A stretch of 64,000 nt of DNA from Vescimonas sp. (lineage in GTDB: Bacteria; Bacillota; Clostridia; Oscillospirales; Oscillospiraceae): the NCBI GenBank assembly GCA_045617685.1, contig JAZLJB010000010.1, positions 172 through 64,171 on the forward strand, given 5' to 3'. This document shows, piece by piece, positions 10,165 to 20,173 of this stretch. The translations under genes were made by a program, and so were the position numbers. The notes below the pieces were generated by a model. It was not told the origin of the DNA, did not search any database, and saw only the letters and a list, made by a program, of their open reading frames with translations. Every line of letters begins with the position of its first letter. Position 1 is the first letter of the stretch.

Positions 10165-10314
10165 TTACTTTTCATTCCTATCACAGCATTTTGTGCAGCC
10201 GCTGCAACTACCACAGCAGCCTTTGCCCTTCTTTCGCCATATGCGCAAAGAATGCACCGACACCACTACCGACACTGTAATGATCAACAAAATAACCACA
10301 TCACGCCAAGTCAT
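10165..10314 (-). CDS. FeoB-associated Cys-rich small membrane protein
   Basis: MTWRDVVILLIITVSVV... TM followed by KGCCGSCSGC; start overlaps the feoB stop. Confidence 0.8.
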   Translation of the reverse strand: MTWRDVVILLIITVSVVVSVHSLRIWRKKGKGCCGSCSGCTKCCDRNEK

Positions 10315-12302
10315 AGCAAACCACCTATCATATAGGCAATCCAGCCAATGAACCACGCAACACCGCACTGCATCACAATCACGCCTACAGTAGCCAGCAA
10401 GGAATTCAACTCACGGCGAATAGTTGCAACTGCCGCCACACAAGGCGTATACAAAAGCGTAAACGCCAAAAAGCTGACCGCACTACGCATGGTAAACAGT
10501 GCAGAAATGGCTGCTCCGGGCATCAATACCTGCAGCGTGCTGACCACCGTCTCCTTGGCTACAAAGCCGGAAATCAACGCTGTAGCGCAACGCCAGTCAC
10601 CAAAGCCTAAGGGTTTGAATATCTCGGCAATCCACTGTCCGATCAGGGCCAACAAGCTATCGGCGCTGTTGGTCACCACATTAAGACGAACATCAAAGCT
10701 CTGCAAGAACCAAATCACAATTGTTGCCAAGAAAATCACCGTAAAGGCACGCTGCAAAAAGTCTTTTGCTTTTTCCCACAACAAGAGTCCCACACTTTTT
10801 GCCGACGGCAATCTATAATTGGGTAATTCCATGACAAATGGCACCGGCTTGCCCTGGAACATGGTGGACTTCATCACTAAGGCTGCCACAATTCCTACTA
10901 AGATACCAAGAACATACAATCCGATCATCACCAATGCCTTATATCTTGCAAAGAAAGCTGCGGTGAAAAATGCGTAAATAGGAATTTTTGCGGAGCAACT
11001 CATATAGGGTGTCAGCAAAATTGTCATTTTGCGGTCACGGTCAGAGGACACTGTACGAGTTGCCATAATAGCCGGCACAGAGCAGCCAAAGCCAATCAGC
11101 ATCGGTACAATGCTGCGGCCTGACAGGCCAATCTTACGCAACAGCTTGTCCAGCACAAAGGCTACTCGCGCCATATATCCGGTATCTTCCAAAATAGAAA
11201 GAAAGAAAAACAGCGTCACAATGATAGGCAGAAAACTCAGCACACTACCCACACCGGCAAAGATGCCGTCAATCACCAGACTCTGCACCACCGGATTGAT
11301 GCCATACGCTGTCAGCGCCTGATCTACTATGCCGGTCAAACCATCAATTCCCATTGCCAGCCAATCAGACAGCCGTTGCCCTATGACATCGAAGGTCATC
11401 CAAAAGATAAAGAGCATAACTCCCAAGAACACCGGAATGGCAGTATATTTTCCCGTCAGGATCTTGTCCATATTGACCGAGCGCAGGTGCTCCTTACTCT
11501 CATGGCACTTAATAACGGAATCCTCCACCACATTTTCGATGAAGGTATACCGCATATCTGCCAGAGCTGCATTACGATCCAGTCCGCCCTCCGTTTCCAT
11601 CTGCACAATACAGTGTTCCAGCAGTTCCTGCTCATTGCGGTCCAAGCCCAGCGTTTCTGCCACAGTAGGGTCATCGCCCTCAATCAGTTTTGTGGTGCAA
11701 AATCGGGCAGGAACGCCAACTTTTTCGGCATGGTCTTCAATCAAATGCACTACCGCATGGATACAGCGATGTACGGCAGAATCGCCTTGGCAAAAGTCAT
11801 ACACAGCCGGGGCAATTCGTCCCTGGGCAACATGAATCGCTTGATCTATCAGCTCAGAGACGCCTTCCCCTTTCACAGCGGAAATTGGCACTACGGGAAT
11901 GCCCAACGCCTTCGACATCTTGTTGATATCGATCGTACCGCCATTGGCATACACTTCATCCATCATATTCAGCGCCAGCACCATCGGCACACGCAACTCC
12001 AAAAGCTGCAATGTCAAGTATAGATTGCGCTCAATATTGGTGGCATCCACAATATTAATAATGCCATCCGGCTTCTGCTGCAATATGTAGTCCCTTGATA
12101 CAATTTCTTCCTGCGTATAAGGGCGCAGAGAATAGATACCGGGCAAATCTACCACCGTGCAATTCTTCTGCCCCCGAATCTCACCGGACTTTTGATCCAC
12201 CGTTACACCGGGAAAATTGCCCACATGTTGATTAGATCCCGTCAAGGCATTGAAGAGCGTTGTTTTGCCACAATTCTGATTACCTACCAAAGCAAAGTTC
12301 AT
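10311..12302 (-). CDS. feoB: Ferrous iron transporter B
   Basis: GNQNCGKT, VGNFPGVTV, DLPG and NMMD GTPase motifs; GFGCSVPA and YTPC gate motifs. Confidence 0.96.
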   Translation of the reverse strand: MNFALVGNQNCGKTTLFNALTGSNQHVGNFPGVTVDQKSGEIRGQKNCTVVDLPGIYSLRPYTQEEIVSRDYILQQKPDGIINIVDATNIERNLYLTLQLLELRVPMVLALNMMDEVYANGGTIDINKMSKALGIPVVPISAVKGEGVSELIDQAIHVAQGRIAPAVYDFCQGDSAVHRCIHAVVHLIEDHAEKVGVPARFCTTKLIEGDDPTVAETLGLDRNEQELLEHCIVQMETEGGLDRNAALADMRYTFIENVVEDSVIKCHESKEHLRSVNMDKILTGKYTAIPVFLGVMLFIFWMTFDVIGQRLSDWLAMGIDGLTGIVDQALTAYGINPVVQSLVIDGIFAGVGSVLSFLPIIVTLFFFLSILEDTGYMARVAFVLDKLLRKIGLSGRSIVPMLIGFGCSVPAIMATRTVSSDRDRKMTILLTPYMSCSAKIPIYAFFTAAFFARYKALVMIGLYVLGILVGIVAALVMKSTMFQGKPVPFVMELPNYRLPSAKSVGLLLWEKAKDFLQRAFTVIFLATIVIWFLQSFDVRLNVVTNSADSLLALIGQWIAEIFKPLGFGDWRCATALISGFVAKETVVSTLQVLMPGAAISALFTMRSAVSFLAFTLLYTPCVAAVATIRRELNSLLATVGVIVMQCGVAWFIGWIAYMIGGLL

Positions 12303-12532
12303 GCTCTCTTCGCCTCCTCAATTTCAATCTTTTTCGCATCCTCTACTCGCAGCGTTAATTCATAGCCACGCACACGAATTTCAATAGGGTCACCCATTGG
12401 TGCTACCTTTTGCAGCACGATCTTTGTGTGTGGTATCAATCCCATATCCAACAGGCGACACCGCAATGCCCCTTCACCACCCACTTGGCTGATAACAGCG
12501 CTTTCGCCTACTTTTAACTCATTTAATGTCAT
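12299..12532 (-). CDS. feoA: Ferrous iron transport protein A
   Basis: RLLDMGL and APMGDPIEIRVRGYELTLR motifs. Confidence 0.95.
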   Translation of the reverse strand: MTLNELKVGESAVISQVGGEGALRCRLLDMGLIPHTKIVLQKVAPMGDPIEIRVRGYELTLRVEDAKKIEIEEAKRA

Positions 12533-12547
12533 CTTTCTACCTCTACA

Positions 12548-12629
12548 GTTAGCTTTATCTAACCAACATGTTAGCATAGGCTAACCAGGTTGTCAACCCC
12601 TTTTCACAAAATAGTTAGCAAAAAGTAAC
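12548..12629. promoter_or_regulatory. Three DtxR/MntR-type operator palindromes
   Basis: GTTAGCTTTATCTAAC (12548), GTTAGCATAGGCTAAC (12570) and GTTAGCAAAAAGTAAC (12614) between divergent feoA and the regulator. Confidence 0.7.
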
Positions 12630-12686
12630 TTGCGTTTTTTCGCTATTTATGCTATGGTAACAGTAACCTTTTGGGGAGGTGTTTTC

Positions 12687-13046
12687 ATGCAATTGCAGGA
12701 ATCCGGCGAAATGTATTTGGAAACCATACTGGTGCTGTCTCAAAAGCAATCTGTTGTACGTGCCATTGACATCAGCGAACACATGGGCTATTCAAAGCCC
12801 AGTGTCAGCCGGGCTGTTGGTCTGCTAAAGTCCGGCGGCTATATCAAAGTTGCAGAAAACGGTGCCATTTCCCTGTCGGACACCGGACGGGAAATTGCCG
12901 AAAAAATGTATGAACGCCATACTCTGTTGACAAAAGTATTAGTTTCATTAGGTGTTCCGGAGGACATCGCTGTTGAAGATGCTTGCCGCATTGAACATGT
13001 GATCAGCGACAATACTTTTGCTGCCATCAAAAAGCATATTACATAA
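12687..13046 (+). CDS. DtxR/MntR family metal-dependent regulator (short form)
   Basis: EMYLETI, SKPSVSRAV, YERH and EDACRIEH motifs. Confidence 0.92.
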   Translation: MQLQESGEMYLETILVLSQKQSVVRAIDISEHMGYSKPSVSRAVGLLKSGGYIKVAENGAISLSDTGREIAEKMYERHTLLTKVLVSLGVPEDIAVEDACRIEHVISDNTFAAIKKHIT

Positions 13047-13053
13047 TTCAGTT

Positions 13054-13081
13054 AAAAATGCCGCCATCAGGCGGCTTTTTA
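13054..13081 (+). terminator. Terminator of the DtxR/MntR gene
   Basis: GCCGCC-ATCA-GGCGGC followed by TTTTT. Confidence 0.75.
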
Positions 13082-13104
13082 TATTCTATCTTTATTATAT
13101 AAAT

Positions 13105-13210
13105 ATATAGAAAAGATCACGGCTATATTTAGCCGTGATCTTCTTTATATGAATAAGGACCCGCTCAACTAGAAGGAGGTATTGAGCAAAAATGTCCTTA
13201 TATTCTCTTT
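13105..13210 (-). ncRNA. Candidate small RNA with an anti-SD loop, divergent from the LysR gene
   Basis: Promoter TTTACA-N17-TATACT (13244-13216), stem-loop with loop ACCUCCUUCUA, own terminator AAGAUCACGGCUA/UAGCCGUGAUCUUUU; no ORF on this strand. Confidence 0.6.
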
Positions 13211-13342
13211 ATATGAGTATATGCCGCATTTCTTCATTTGTAAAGCAAATGTTTTTCATGGTTTTCATTCGTTTTTCTCATGTAATATTGCTTGTCAAAC
13301 AAATTTCTATCCTTTATAATAAGTAGTGAAGGAAGTGGTTAT

Positions 13343-14227
13343 ATGAGCATCAGCAAATATCAAGTATTTCTTCATACCGTACAGAGCGGTAATTTCACTA
13401 AGACGGCAAAAGAATTAGGTTTTACCCAATCCGGAGTCAGCCATACCATTCAATCGTTGGAAGATGAGTTGGGACTCTCCCTACTGGTGCGCAACCGCAG
13501 TGGTGTAACACTGACTGCTGATGGCCGAAAACTTCTCCCCTATTTTCAGGAAATTTGCAACATTCAACACAAAATGGAAGAAACCGCAAAAGACCTCAAA
13601 AATTTGGATACCGGTTTGGTTCGGGTAGGCACTTTTACCAGTGTTTCTCTGCAATGGATGCCTTATATCTTAAAATCCTTTCACGAAGAATTCCCTAATA
13701 TTGAATTTGAGTTAATGCAAGGTGACGACCACGAAATTGAACAATGGGTCAACGAAGGGCGCGCCGACTGTGGCTTTATCAGTTTGCCCGGTTCGCTAAA
13801 ATTAGACGCTTGGTTACTGGATCGGGATCAGTGGAAAGTGATTACCACTTGCAACCATCCGTTGGCCGGTCGTGACCCCTTTCCCTTGGATGCGTTGGCC
13901 CGTTTGCCGTTTATTCAGTTAGATGAGGGCGGCGATTACGAAATTGGTGCTGTTTTTGACACATTGGGTATCCATCCCAATGTACAATACACAGTAAAAG
14001 ACGATCAAACCATTATGGCAATGGTAGCTCAGGGACTCGGCATCAGTCTTATGCCGGAACTAATGCTCCAACATTCCCCTTATCCTCTGGCACAAAGCCG
14101 CTTGCCGCAGCCATTTTATCGCAACATCGGTATATGCGTAAAAGATCGCAAAAACTGCTCTCGCTCTACCTGGCTGTTCCTCGCCTATGTGCGGCACTGG
14201 GTATTACAACATCATAAAGACGCATGA
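13343..14227 (+). CDS. LysR family transcriptional regulator
   Basis: HTH motif FTKTAKELGFTQSGVSHTIQSLEDELG and substrate-binding domain; promoter TTGTCA-N17-TATAAT at 13292-13320. Confidence 0.95.
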   Translation: MSISKYQVFLHTVQSGNFTKTAKELGFTQSGVSHTIQSLEDELGLSLLVRNRSGVTLTADGRKLLPYFQEICNIQHKMEETAKDLKNLDTGLVRVGTFTSVSLQWMPYILKSFHEEFPNIEFELMQGDDHEIEQWVNEGRADCGFISLPGSLKLDAWLLDRDQWKVITTCNHPLAGRDPFPLDALARLPFIQLDEGGDYEIGAVFDTLGIHPNVQYTVKDDQTIMAMVAQGLGISLMPELMLQHSPYPLAQSRLPQPFYRNIGICVKDRKNCSRSTWLFLAYVRHWVLQHHKDA

Positions 14228-14265
14228 AAAAAGAGTCTGAAATGTGCATCATTTCAGACTCCTTT

Positions 14266-14907
14266 TTATTTTACTTCTTCTCTCGGTCCGGGGCGATAAC
14301 TACTGCCAAGTTCAATAAGTTCCAGGCTGCCGGCAGAAAGTTCTGTCAGCCGTTGCTGCAAAGCTGACTTCTTTTCTAACGGAACAGATAATTCCAGCGT
14401 AATGTCAGCGCCATAGCTGATATTGTCGATCCTACCGTCGAGGGCTGCAATCTCCAGTTTCACTCGCTCCAACATGGCGTATGAACACGGCAGCATTGCC
14501 TGCATCCATTCACCCATAGTAGCCGCTCCGGCAACAGATAATGTATCTTTAGCACTCTTACTGTAGGCACGGGTCAAGCCACCTGCACCCAACAGCACAC
14601 CGCCAAAATAGCGTGTCACAACGCAACACACATTGGTGACATTTTCCCGTTCAAATACTTTGAGCATCGGCTGTCCGGCTGTTCCCTGCGGCTCACCGTC
14701 ATCGCTGTATCGGGCAGTGTTTTTCCCCAAACGATAGCACCAGCAGTTATGGCGGGCATCATAATAGCGGCTTTTCATCTCCTTGATCAGTGCCATAGCC
14801 TCTTCCTCGGAGTCCACGCGCCACACATGGCCGATAAATCGAGATCGCTTTTCCACAAACTCCGATTCGGCCGTTTCAAACGGCACTCGGAATATCTTTT
14901 CTGCCAT
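14266..14907 (-). CDS. YigZ/IMPACT family protein
   Basis: KRSRFIG, DARHNCW, SDDGEPQGTAG and TRYFGGVLLGAGGL motifs. Confidence 0.93.
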   Translation of the reverse strand: MAEKIFRVPFETAESEFVEKRSRFIGHVWRVDSEEEAMALIKEMKSRYYDARHNCWCYRLGKNTARYSDDGEPQGTAGQPMLKVFERENVTNVCCVVTRYFGGVLLGAGGLTRAYSKSAKDTLSVAGAATMGEWMQAMLPCSYAMLERVKLEIAALDGRIDNISYGADITLELSVPLEKKSALQQRLTELSAGSLELIELGSSYRPGPREEVK

Positions 14908-14912
14908 GTGCT

Positions 14913-16208
14913 TTACTCCCACTCTTCTTTTGGCTCAACCCAGCCTTCAATATAGTCCTTCATCTGGCCCATGATACGAGGTGTGCAAACTGCCACCACA
15001 TCAATGGTCGCACCATATTCCACGCTTTCCACCTTAGCCTCTCGATATAAGCCGTCCAATGCGCCGGCCTTATCATAAGGTAAATGGATCGTGACACGGC
15101 GTGTCCCTTTATCCAACTTGCGGTCGATCATTTCCATCAAATGATCCAGCCCCTCGCCGGTCTTGGCGGAGATCGACACGGCATCTTCTTCCTTGGGCCA
15201 CTCACCGGTAAAGGCCAGATCCGCCTTATTATACACACGCAGACACGGAATTTGATCCGCCTTCAGTTCGTGAATCAAGTTATCTACAATCTGCGCTTGC
15301 TGTTCCCACTGGGGATGAGATGCGTCAATCACATGCAGCAGCAGATCTGCATATTCCAGTTCCTCTAAGGTAGCTTTGAACGCCTCTACCAACTGATGGG
15401 GCAACTTGCGAATAAAGCCAACCGTATCGGAAATCACTACATCCAACGTATCACTGACAGTCAGCAAACGAGTTGTCGTATCCAGCGTATCAAACAAACG
15501 GTTATTAGCCGGAATACCGGCACCGGTGATAGCATTGAGCAGCGTAGATTTGCCCGCATTGGTATAGCCCACAATAGCCACCACAGGAATCTCGTTTTTC
15601 ATCCGGCGGGCACGCTGCGTACCACGCACACGGCGTACTTCTTCCAGTTCTTCTTTCAGCTTATCGATCTTGCGGTGAATATGTCGGCGGTCCGTTTCCA
15701 ACTGTGTTTCGCCGGGGCCTTTTGAGCCAATCGGCCCCTTACCGCTGGTGCCTGCCTGACGCTCCAAATGGGTCCACATACCGATCAAGCGGGGCAACAA
15801 ATATTGATACTGCGCCAACTCTACCTGCAAACAGCCTTCCTTTGTCTTGGCACGCTGGGCAAAAATATCGAGAATCAGGCCACTGCGGTCAATTACCTGC
15901 ACACCGATCAACTCTGTCAATACTCGAATTTGAGACGGACTGAGGTCATTATCGAAAATCACCATGGTGGCCTGTTCTTCCTGCACCATGCGCTTTACTT
16001 CCTCCACCTTACCCTCACCGATAAAGCTATGGGGATCCGGCTTTTCACGGCTTTGCAGCAGCATTCCTACTACTTCACCGCCGGCAGTATCCACCAGTGC
16101 GCCCAGTTCTGCCATGCTCTCTTCATCTGCATTGTCTGCACGCAATACGGGTGAGCGCAAACCCACCAGCACCGCATAATCCCTTTTCTTTTCCGTGATT
16201 TGTTCCAT
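14913..16208 (-). CDS. hflX: Ribosome-splitting GTPase HflX
   Basis: ILDIFAQRA, GPGETQLETDRR, GYTNAGKST, DTVGF and NKAD motifs. Confidence 0.97.
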   Translation of the reverse strand: MEQITEKKRDYAVLVGLRSPVLRADNADEESMAELGALVDTAGGEVVGMLLQSREKPDPHSFIGEGKVEEVKRMVQEEQATMVIFDNDLSPSQIRVLTELIGVQVIDRSGLILDIFAQRAKTKEGCLQVELAQYQYLLPRLIGMWTHLERQAGTSGKGPIGSKGPGETQLETDRRHIHRKIDKLKEELEEVRRVRGTQRARRMKNEIPVVAIVGYTNAGKSTLLNAITGAGIPANNRLFDTLDTTTRLLTVSDTLDVVISDTVGFIRKLPHQLVEAFKATLEELEYADLLLHVIDASHPQWEQQAQIVDNLIHELKADQIPCLRVYNKADLAFTGEWPKEEDAVSISAKTGEGLDHLMEMIDRKLDKGTRRVTIHLPYDKAGALDGLYREAKVESVEYGATIDVVAVCTPRIMGQMKDYIEGWVEPKEEWE

Positions 16209-16326
16209 AATGACCTCTCGTATCAGAATTTAGCACTATTATAGTATACTTTCCTATGATTGTAAACCTATCCACTATATGAAAAAAGACCCGCACCGTT
16301 TGGTGCGAGTCTTTTGATTGGTGTCA

Positions 16327-16530
16327 TTACTTGTCCAAACCGAAACGCTTGTTGAACTTTGCAACACGACCGCCGGTATCAACCAGCTTCTGCTTGCCGG
16401 TGAAGAACGGGTGACACTTAGAGCAGACTTCCACGCGAATATCCTTCTTCGTAGAACCTGTCTCAATCACATTACCGCAGGCGCATTTAATAGTAGTCTG
16501 CTGATAATTGGGATGGATTCCTTCCTTCAT
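16327..16530 (-). CDS. rpmE: 50S ribosomal protein L31 (Zn-binding type)
   Basis: [26 protein letters not shown] and GGRV motifs. Confidence 0.98.
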   Translation of the reverse strand: MKEGIHPNYQQTTIKCACGNVIETGSTKKDIRVEVCSKCHPFFTGKQKLVDTGGRVAKFNKRFGLDK

Positions 16531-16624
16531 TGCTCTTGTTCACCCCTTTCTGGTTCATCAGTCCTTTGTATCCACAAAGGCAACTGTGATAATACCACAC
16601 TTCGTTATAAATTGCAATAGCTTT

Positions 16625-19600
16625 TTACAAATTTATTGAAGAATTTGTGGCAAAAAAGTACAATATCTTCTCTGTTACCGGTCTTTCCAACACGCGCTCC
16701 AGTGCCGCTGCATAGGCATCCAGCTGTGCGCGGTACAATTCTGCCCGTTCTTCCTCTTCACCAACTCTGATATGGTCAGTTTTGAAGTCCACAATCACCA
16801 GACCCTCCGGCGTTTCAAATGCACAATCCACCACGCCTTGCAGCATCATTTTTTCATCGGACACCTCACTATTGTAAATATCTGCCGGCATCAACAATGC
16901 GAAACGATATTCCCGATACACCTTGTCCGACGAACAGATCCGCTGTGCCAAAGGTGATTGCAAAAATGCAGCGATTTTTTTGCAATCGATAGCCTCTGCC
17001 TGCTCCGGTGTCAACAAATGCCGTTGCTGTAACTCACGAACTCGCTGCTCGACCTGCAACTCGCTGCTTTCAGCAAAATCCAAAAACTGCATAACAAGAT
17101 GCATTGCCGTGCCTCGTTCCGCCGCAGACAAGCCATGCTCCGACTGCATAAAGCGAGGCTTTTCAAATGACAGCGGCAGATGCGCTGCCATCGTACCCTC
17201 TGCGATTTCCTGATCGATCTCCCGTCCCTTAAGCTGGGTTGCCGTTACCTTCGTCGGTATGGCACATGCGGCCTGATGCGGATAGATGCTTTCCAGCACT
17301 TCCGGTGATACAAGCTGCTTCTCCTTCTGCTGATCCGCATCGCCATGCAGTGCTTGCGTTTCAGGCGTGGGATTTTCCCACAGATATACAGTCATGTGAC
17401 AATCTTCCGCTGTGATGGATGCCGGACGCATATCAGCCCACCGATAGATTTCACTTGCCTCTGCCGTATTAAGCAATGGCAGCAAGATCCAATCGCCTAA
17501 TGATTTTGCGGCCCCTACCGCCTCCGGCTCCACCGGGCAAGATGTCACACTGATGAGATTTTTGATATGCTTGCGGGCATACTTCATGCAGTCCACCATA
17601 ATAAGCTTTTCTTTGGCTCGTGTCATGGCCACATACAAAATGCGCATTTCTTCCGCCTTGGCCTCACGCTCCATTGCCATGGATACGGCAGTTTTGGACA
17701 CCGTCTTATAGTGAATACGGCGTTCAATATCCACACATTCTGTACCAAAGCCCAGTGCAGGATGCACCAAAACCGTCTTATTATAGTCTGTATCGTTAAA
17801 TTCCTTTTGCAAGTCGCACAAGAACACCACAGGAAATTCCAGACCTTTGGATTTATGGATCGACATGATTTGCACGCCGCCGGCACTTTGACGTGCACTG
17901 ATTGGCGGCTGTTTGCCTTGTTCCAAAGTGCTGCGCAGGTGAGTCACAAAATCAAACAAACTGCTTTTACCGCCGCTTACCATCTGTTGGGCATATGCAT
18001 AAAATGCCAATAGGTGGTTTTTGCGTTCTTCCCCACCATGCATGGCACCGAAAACACCCAACATATTGCAGCGGCTATACATCAGCCATGTCAGACGATC
18101 CACGGGAAGATCCCGTGCACTCTCACGCAGTTCCTCTAAAATCTGCAGGAACTGTTGCGTATCCTCGCTTTCGTCCAAACACAGAGCCGTATAGAAATCT
18201 GCTGTTGTCTGTCCGGCACGCACCTGCGCCAAGCGGTCAGGCGTAAAGCCAAACAGCGGAGAACGCAGCACAGAAATGAGCGGAACATCCTGATGGGGAT
18301 TATCGATGATCTGCAAAAAGGAAAATGCCACGGCAATTTCCATCGTAGCGAAGTAATCCCCGCCCTCAGCGCTGGAGCACGGAATATTCTCCTGCTGCAA
18401 AGCCTCTGTAAAGGTTTTTAACCTGCCAGACGGAGATCGCATCAAAATGACAATATCCTCTGCTTTAATGGGTCGAAACTGCCCATCGTCATCCTGAACG
18501 GGATACTTTGATGCCAACATCTGGCGAATGCGTGAGGCTATAAATCTTGCCTCCATCCGGGTGCGGTCAAACACCTCTTCTTCCGTGTTGGCAACGCTGA
18601 TCAGATGGAACTCCGTGTCCACATCTTCACGGGACTGGAAATATTCCGCGCCGAAATTGAGTTGTTCGTCCTGCCCGTATTTCATTTCACCCATTTGGGG
18701 TGACATGATATTGCGAAAAACAAAGTTTGTACTGGCTAATATCGATTGACGAGACCGAAAATTTCGGGACAACAAGACTTTTCGTGCTTCCCGTTCCTTT
18801 GCTTGTTCGGCAGTCTGATAGGTCTGATATTTTTCTAAAAAAATGCCGGGATCCGCCAAGCGGAAGCGGTAGATACTCTGTTTCACATCACCTACGGTAA
18901 ACAGATTATTCCCCTCACGGGAAATGGCAGCAAAGATACAGTTCTGCACCTCATTGGTATCCTGATACTCATCTACCATGATTTCCACATAGCGGGCAGA
19001 AATCTGCTGTGCAAGCTCCGTAGGAGTATGATCCTCGTTCAGCAGAATATCAATGGCATAGTGCTCCTGATCGGAGAAATCCATACAGTTGCGGCGCACC
19101 TTTTCCGCCTGATAAGCATTGGAAAAATCTGCCGTTAACTCTGTCAATGCCTGCATCGCCGGCGCCATATAAGAAAGATCCTGCAAATGCTCCGCTTCAC
19201 TGACACGATAGACCGCCGACATTTGCTTCAAGTCCTTCTTACAGCGCTCCCAAATGGTTTTGGCGCGGACTTTATAATACTCTAAATCTTCGCCTTTTGC
19301 AGCTTTTAGCTTTGGAAAGTCCAATTGGATCGCTGACAGAGCATCCCAGCCAAGCTGGGCGGCGGATGCATACTGCCGCAACTGTTCCGCCACCAACAGA
19401 AATGCCGGACTATATGCCGCATGCACCGGCTCACATTCTTCTAACCACTTTACTGTATCCATCAATTGCTGATGCCAAAATGCCGCACGGCGCAAAGTGT
19501 CTGCAATGATGACCTCACCATAAGGTGACGCTGCCAGATCCTGAGGCAAAACTGACCAGTTCTCCTCTACCTTTTTCAACCACTGCAAGGGATGTGGATG

Positions 19601-20170
19601 GCTTTGAATCTTTGTATGTACATCCAACACAAGCTGCTGCAACTTTCGATCATCACGACCGGCTCCCAGTGTTTCTGCCAGCTGCAAAGCCTTCGCATCC
19701 TGCTGCTCTACACGCTGATAAAAAGCTTCCATCACCTGATTCAGCACGCGTTCTTTCAACACCAGTGCCTCTTGCTCATCCAACACACGAAAATCCGGTG
19801 TCAGGCTGCCTGTTTCATGATGCAGCAAGTGGATATTCTCACGCAGCAGGCCTGCGCAAAACGCATCCACTGTTTTAATATCCGCTTGATACACACGGAA
19901 CATCTGACGGCGCAGATGCTGATCTTCCGGATGGGCAGCCACACGCTTGCTCAGTTCTGAAGCGATCTTACTGCGCAGCTCGGCCGCTGCCGCCTTGGTA
20001 TAGGTAATAATCAGGAAGTCATCCACATGGCAATGATTCTGCTCCATATAGGCGAACAGACGCTCCACCAGCACCTTGGTCTTGCCGGAGCCGGCAGCAG
20101 CAGACACCAGCAGGCTGCCACCACGATCATACACCGCTGTGTGTTGATCCTTCGTCAGTTGAATTGCCAT
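16625..20170 (-). CDS. addA: Helicase-nuclease subunit AddA
   Basis: AAAGSGKT, VDEYQD, GDVKQSIYRFR, SIHKSKGLEF and YVAMTRA motifs; C-terminal VDFKTD nuclease. Confidence 0.96.
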   Translation of the reverse strand: MAIQLTKDQHTAVYDRGGSLLVSAAAGSGKTKVLVERLFAYMEQNHCHVDDFLIITYTKAAAAELRSKIASELSKRVAAHPEDQHLRRQMFRVYQADIKTVDAFCAGLLRENIHLLHHETGSLTPDFRVLDEQEALVLKERVLNQVMEAFYQRVEQQDAKALQLAETLGAGRDDRKLQQLVLDVHTKIQSHPHPLQWLKKVEENWSVLPQDLAASPYGEVIIADTLRRAAFWHQQLMDTVKWLEECEPVHAAYSPAFLLVAEQLRQYASAAQLGWDALSAIQLDFPKLKAAKGEDLEYYKVRAKTIWERCKKDLKQMSAVYRVSEAEHLQDLSYMAPAMQALTELTADFSNAYQAEKVRRNCMDFSDQEHYAIDILLNEDHTPTELAQQISARYVEIMVDEYQDTNEVQNCIFAAISREGNNLFTVGDVKQSIYRFRLADPGIFLEKYQTYQTAEQAKEREARKVLLSRNFRSRQSILASTNFVFRNIMSPQMGEMKYGQDEQLNFGAEYFQSREDVDTEFHLISVANTEEEVFDRTRMEARFIASRIRQMLASKYPVQDDDGQFRPIKAEDIVILMRSPSGRLKTFTEALQQENIPCSSAEGGDYFATMEIAVAFSFLQIIDNPHQDVPLISVLRSPLFGFTPDRLAQVRAGQTTADFYTALCLDESEDTQQFLQILEELRESARDLPVDRLTWLMYSRCNMLGVFGAMHGGEERKNHLLAFYAYAQQMVSGGKSSLFDFVTHLRSTLEQGKQPPISARQSAGGVQIMSIHKSKGLEFPVVFLCDLQKEFNDTDYNKTVLVHPALGFGTECVDIERRIHYKTVSKTAVSMAMEREAKAEEMRILYVAMTRAKEKLIMVDCMKYARKHIKNLISVTSCPVEPEAVGAAKSLGDWILLPLLNTAEASEIYRWADMRPASITAEDCHMTVYLWENPTPETQALHGDADQQKEKQLVSPEVLESIYPHQAACAIPTKVTATQLKGREIDQEIAEGTMAAHLPLSFEKPRFMQSEHGLSAAERGTAMHLVMQFLDFAESSELQVEQRVRELQQRHLLTPEQAEAIDCKKIAAFLQSPLAQRICSSDKVYREYRFALLMPADIYNSEVSDEKMMLQGVVDCAFETPEGLVIVDFKTDHIRVGEEEERAELYRAQLDAYAAALERVLERPVTEKILYFFATNSSINL

Positions 20171-20173
20171 GTG

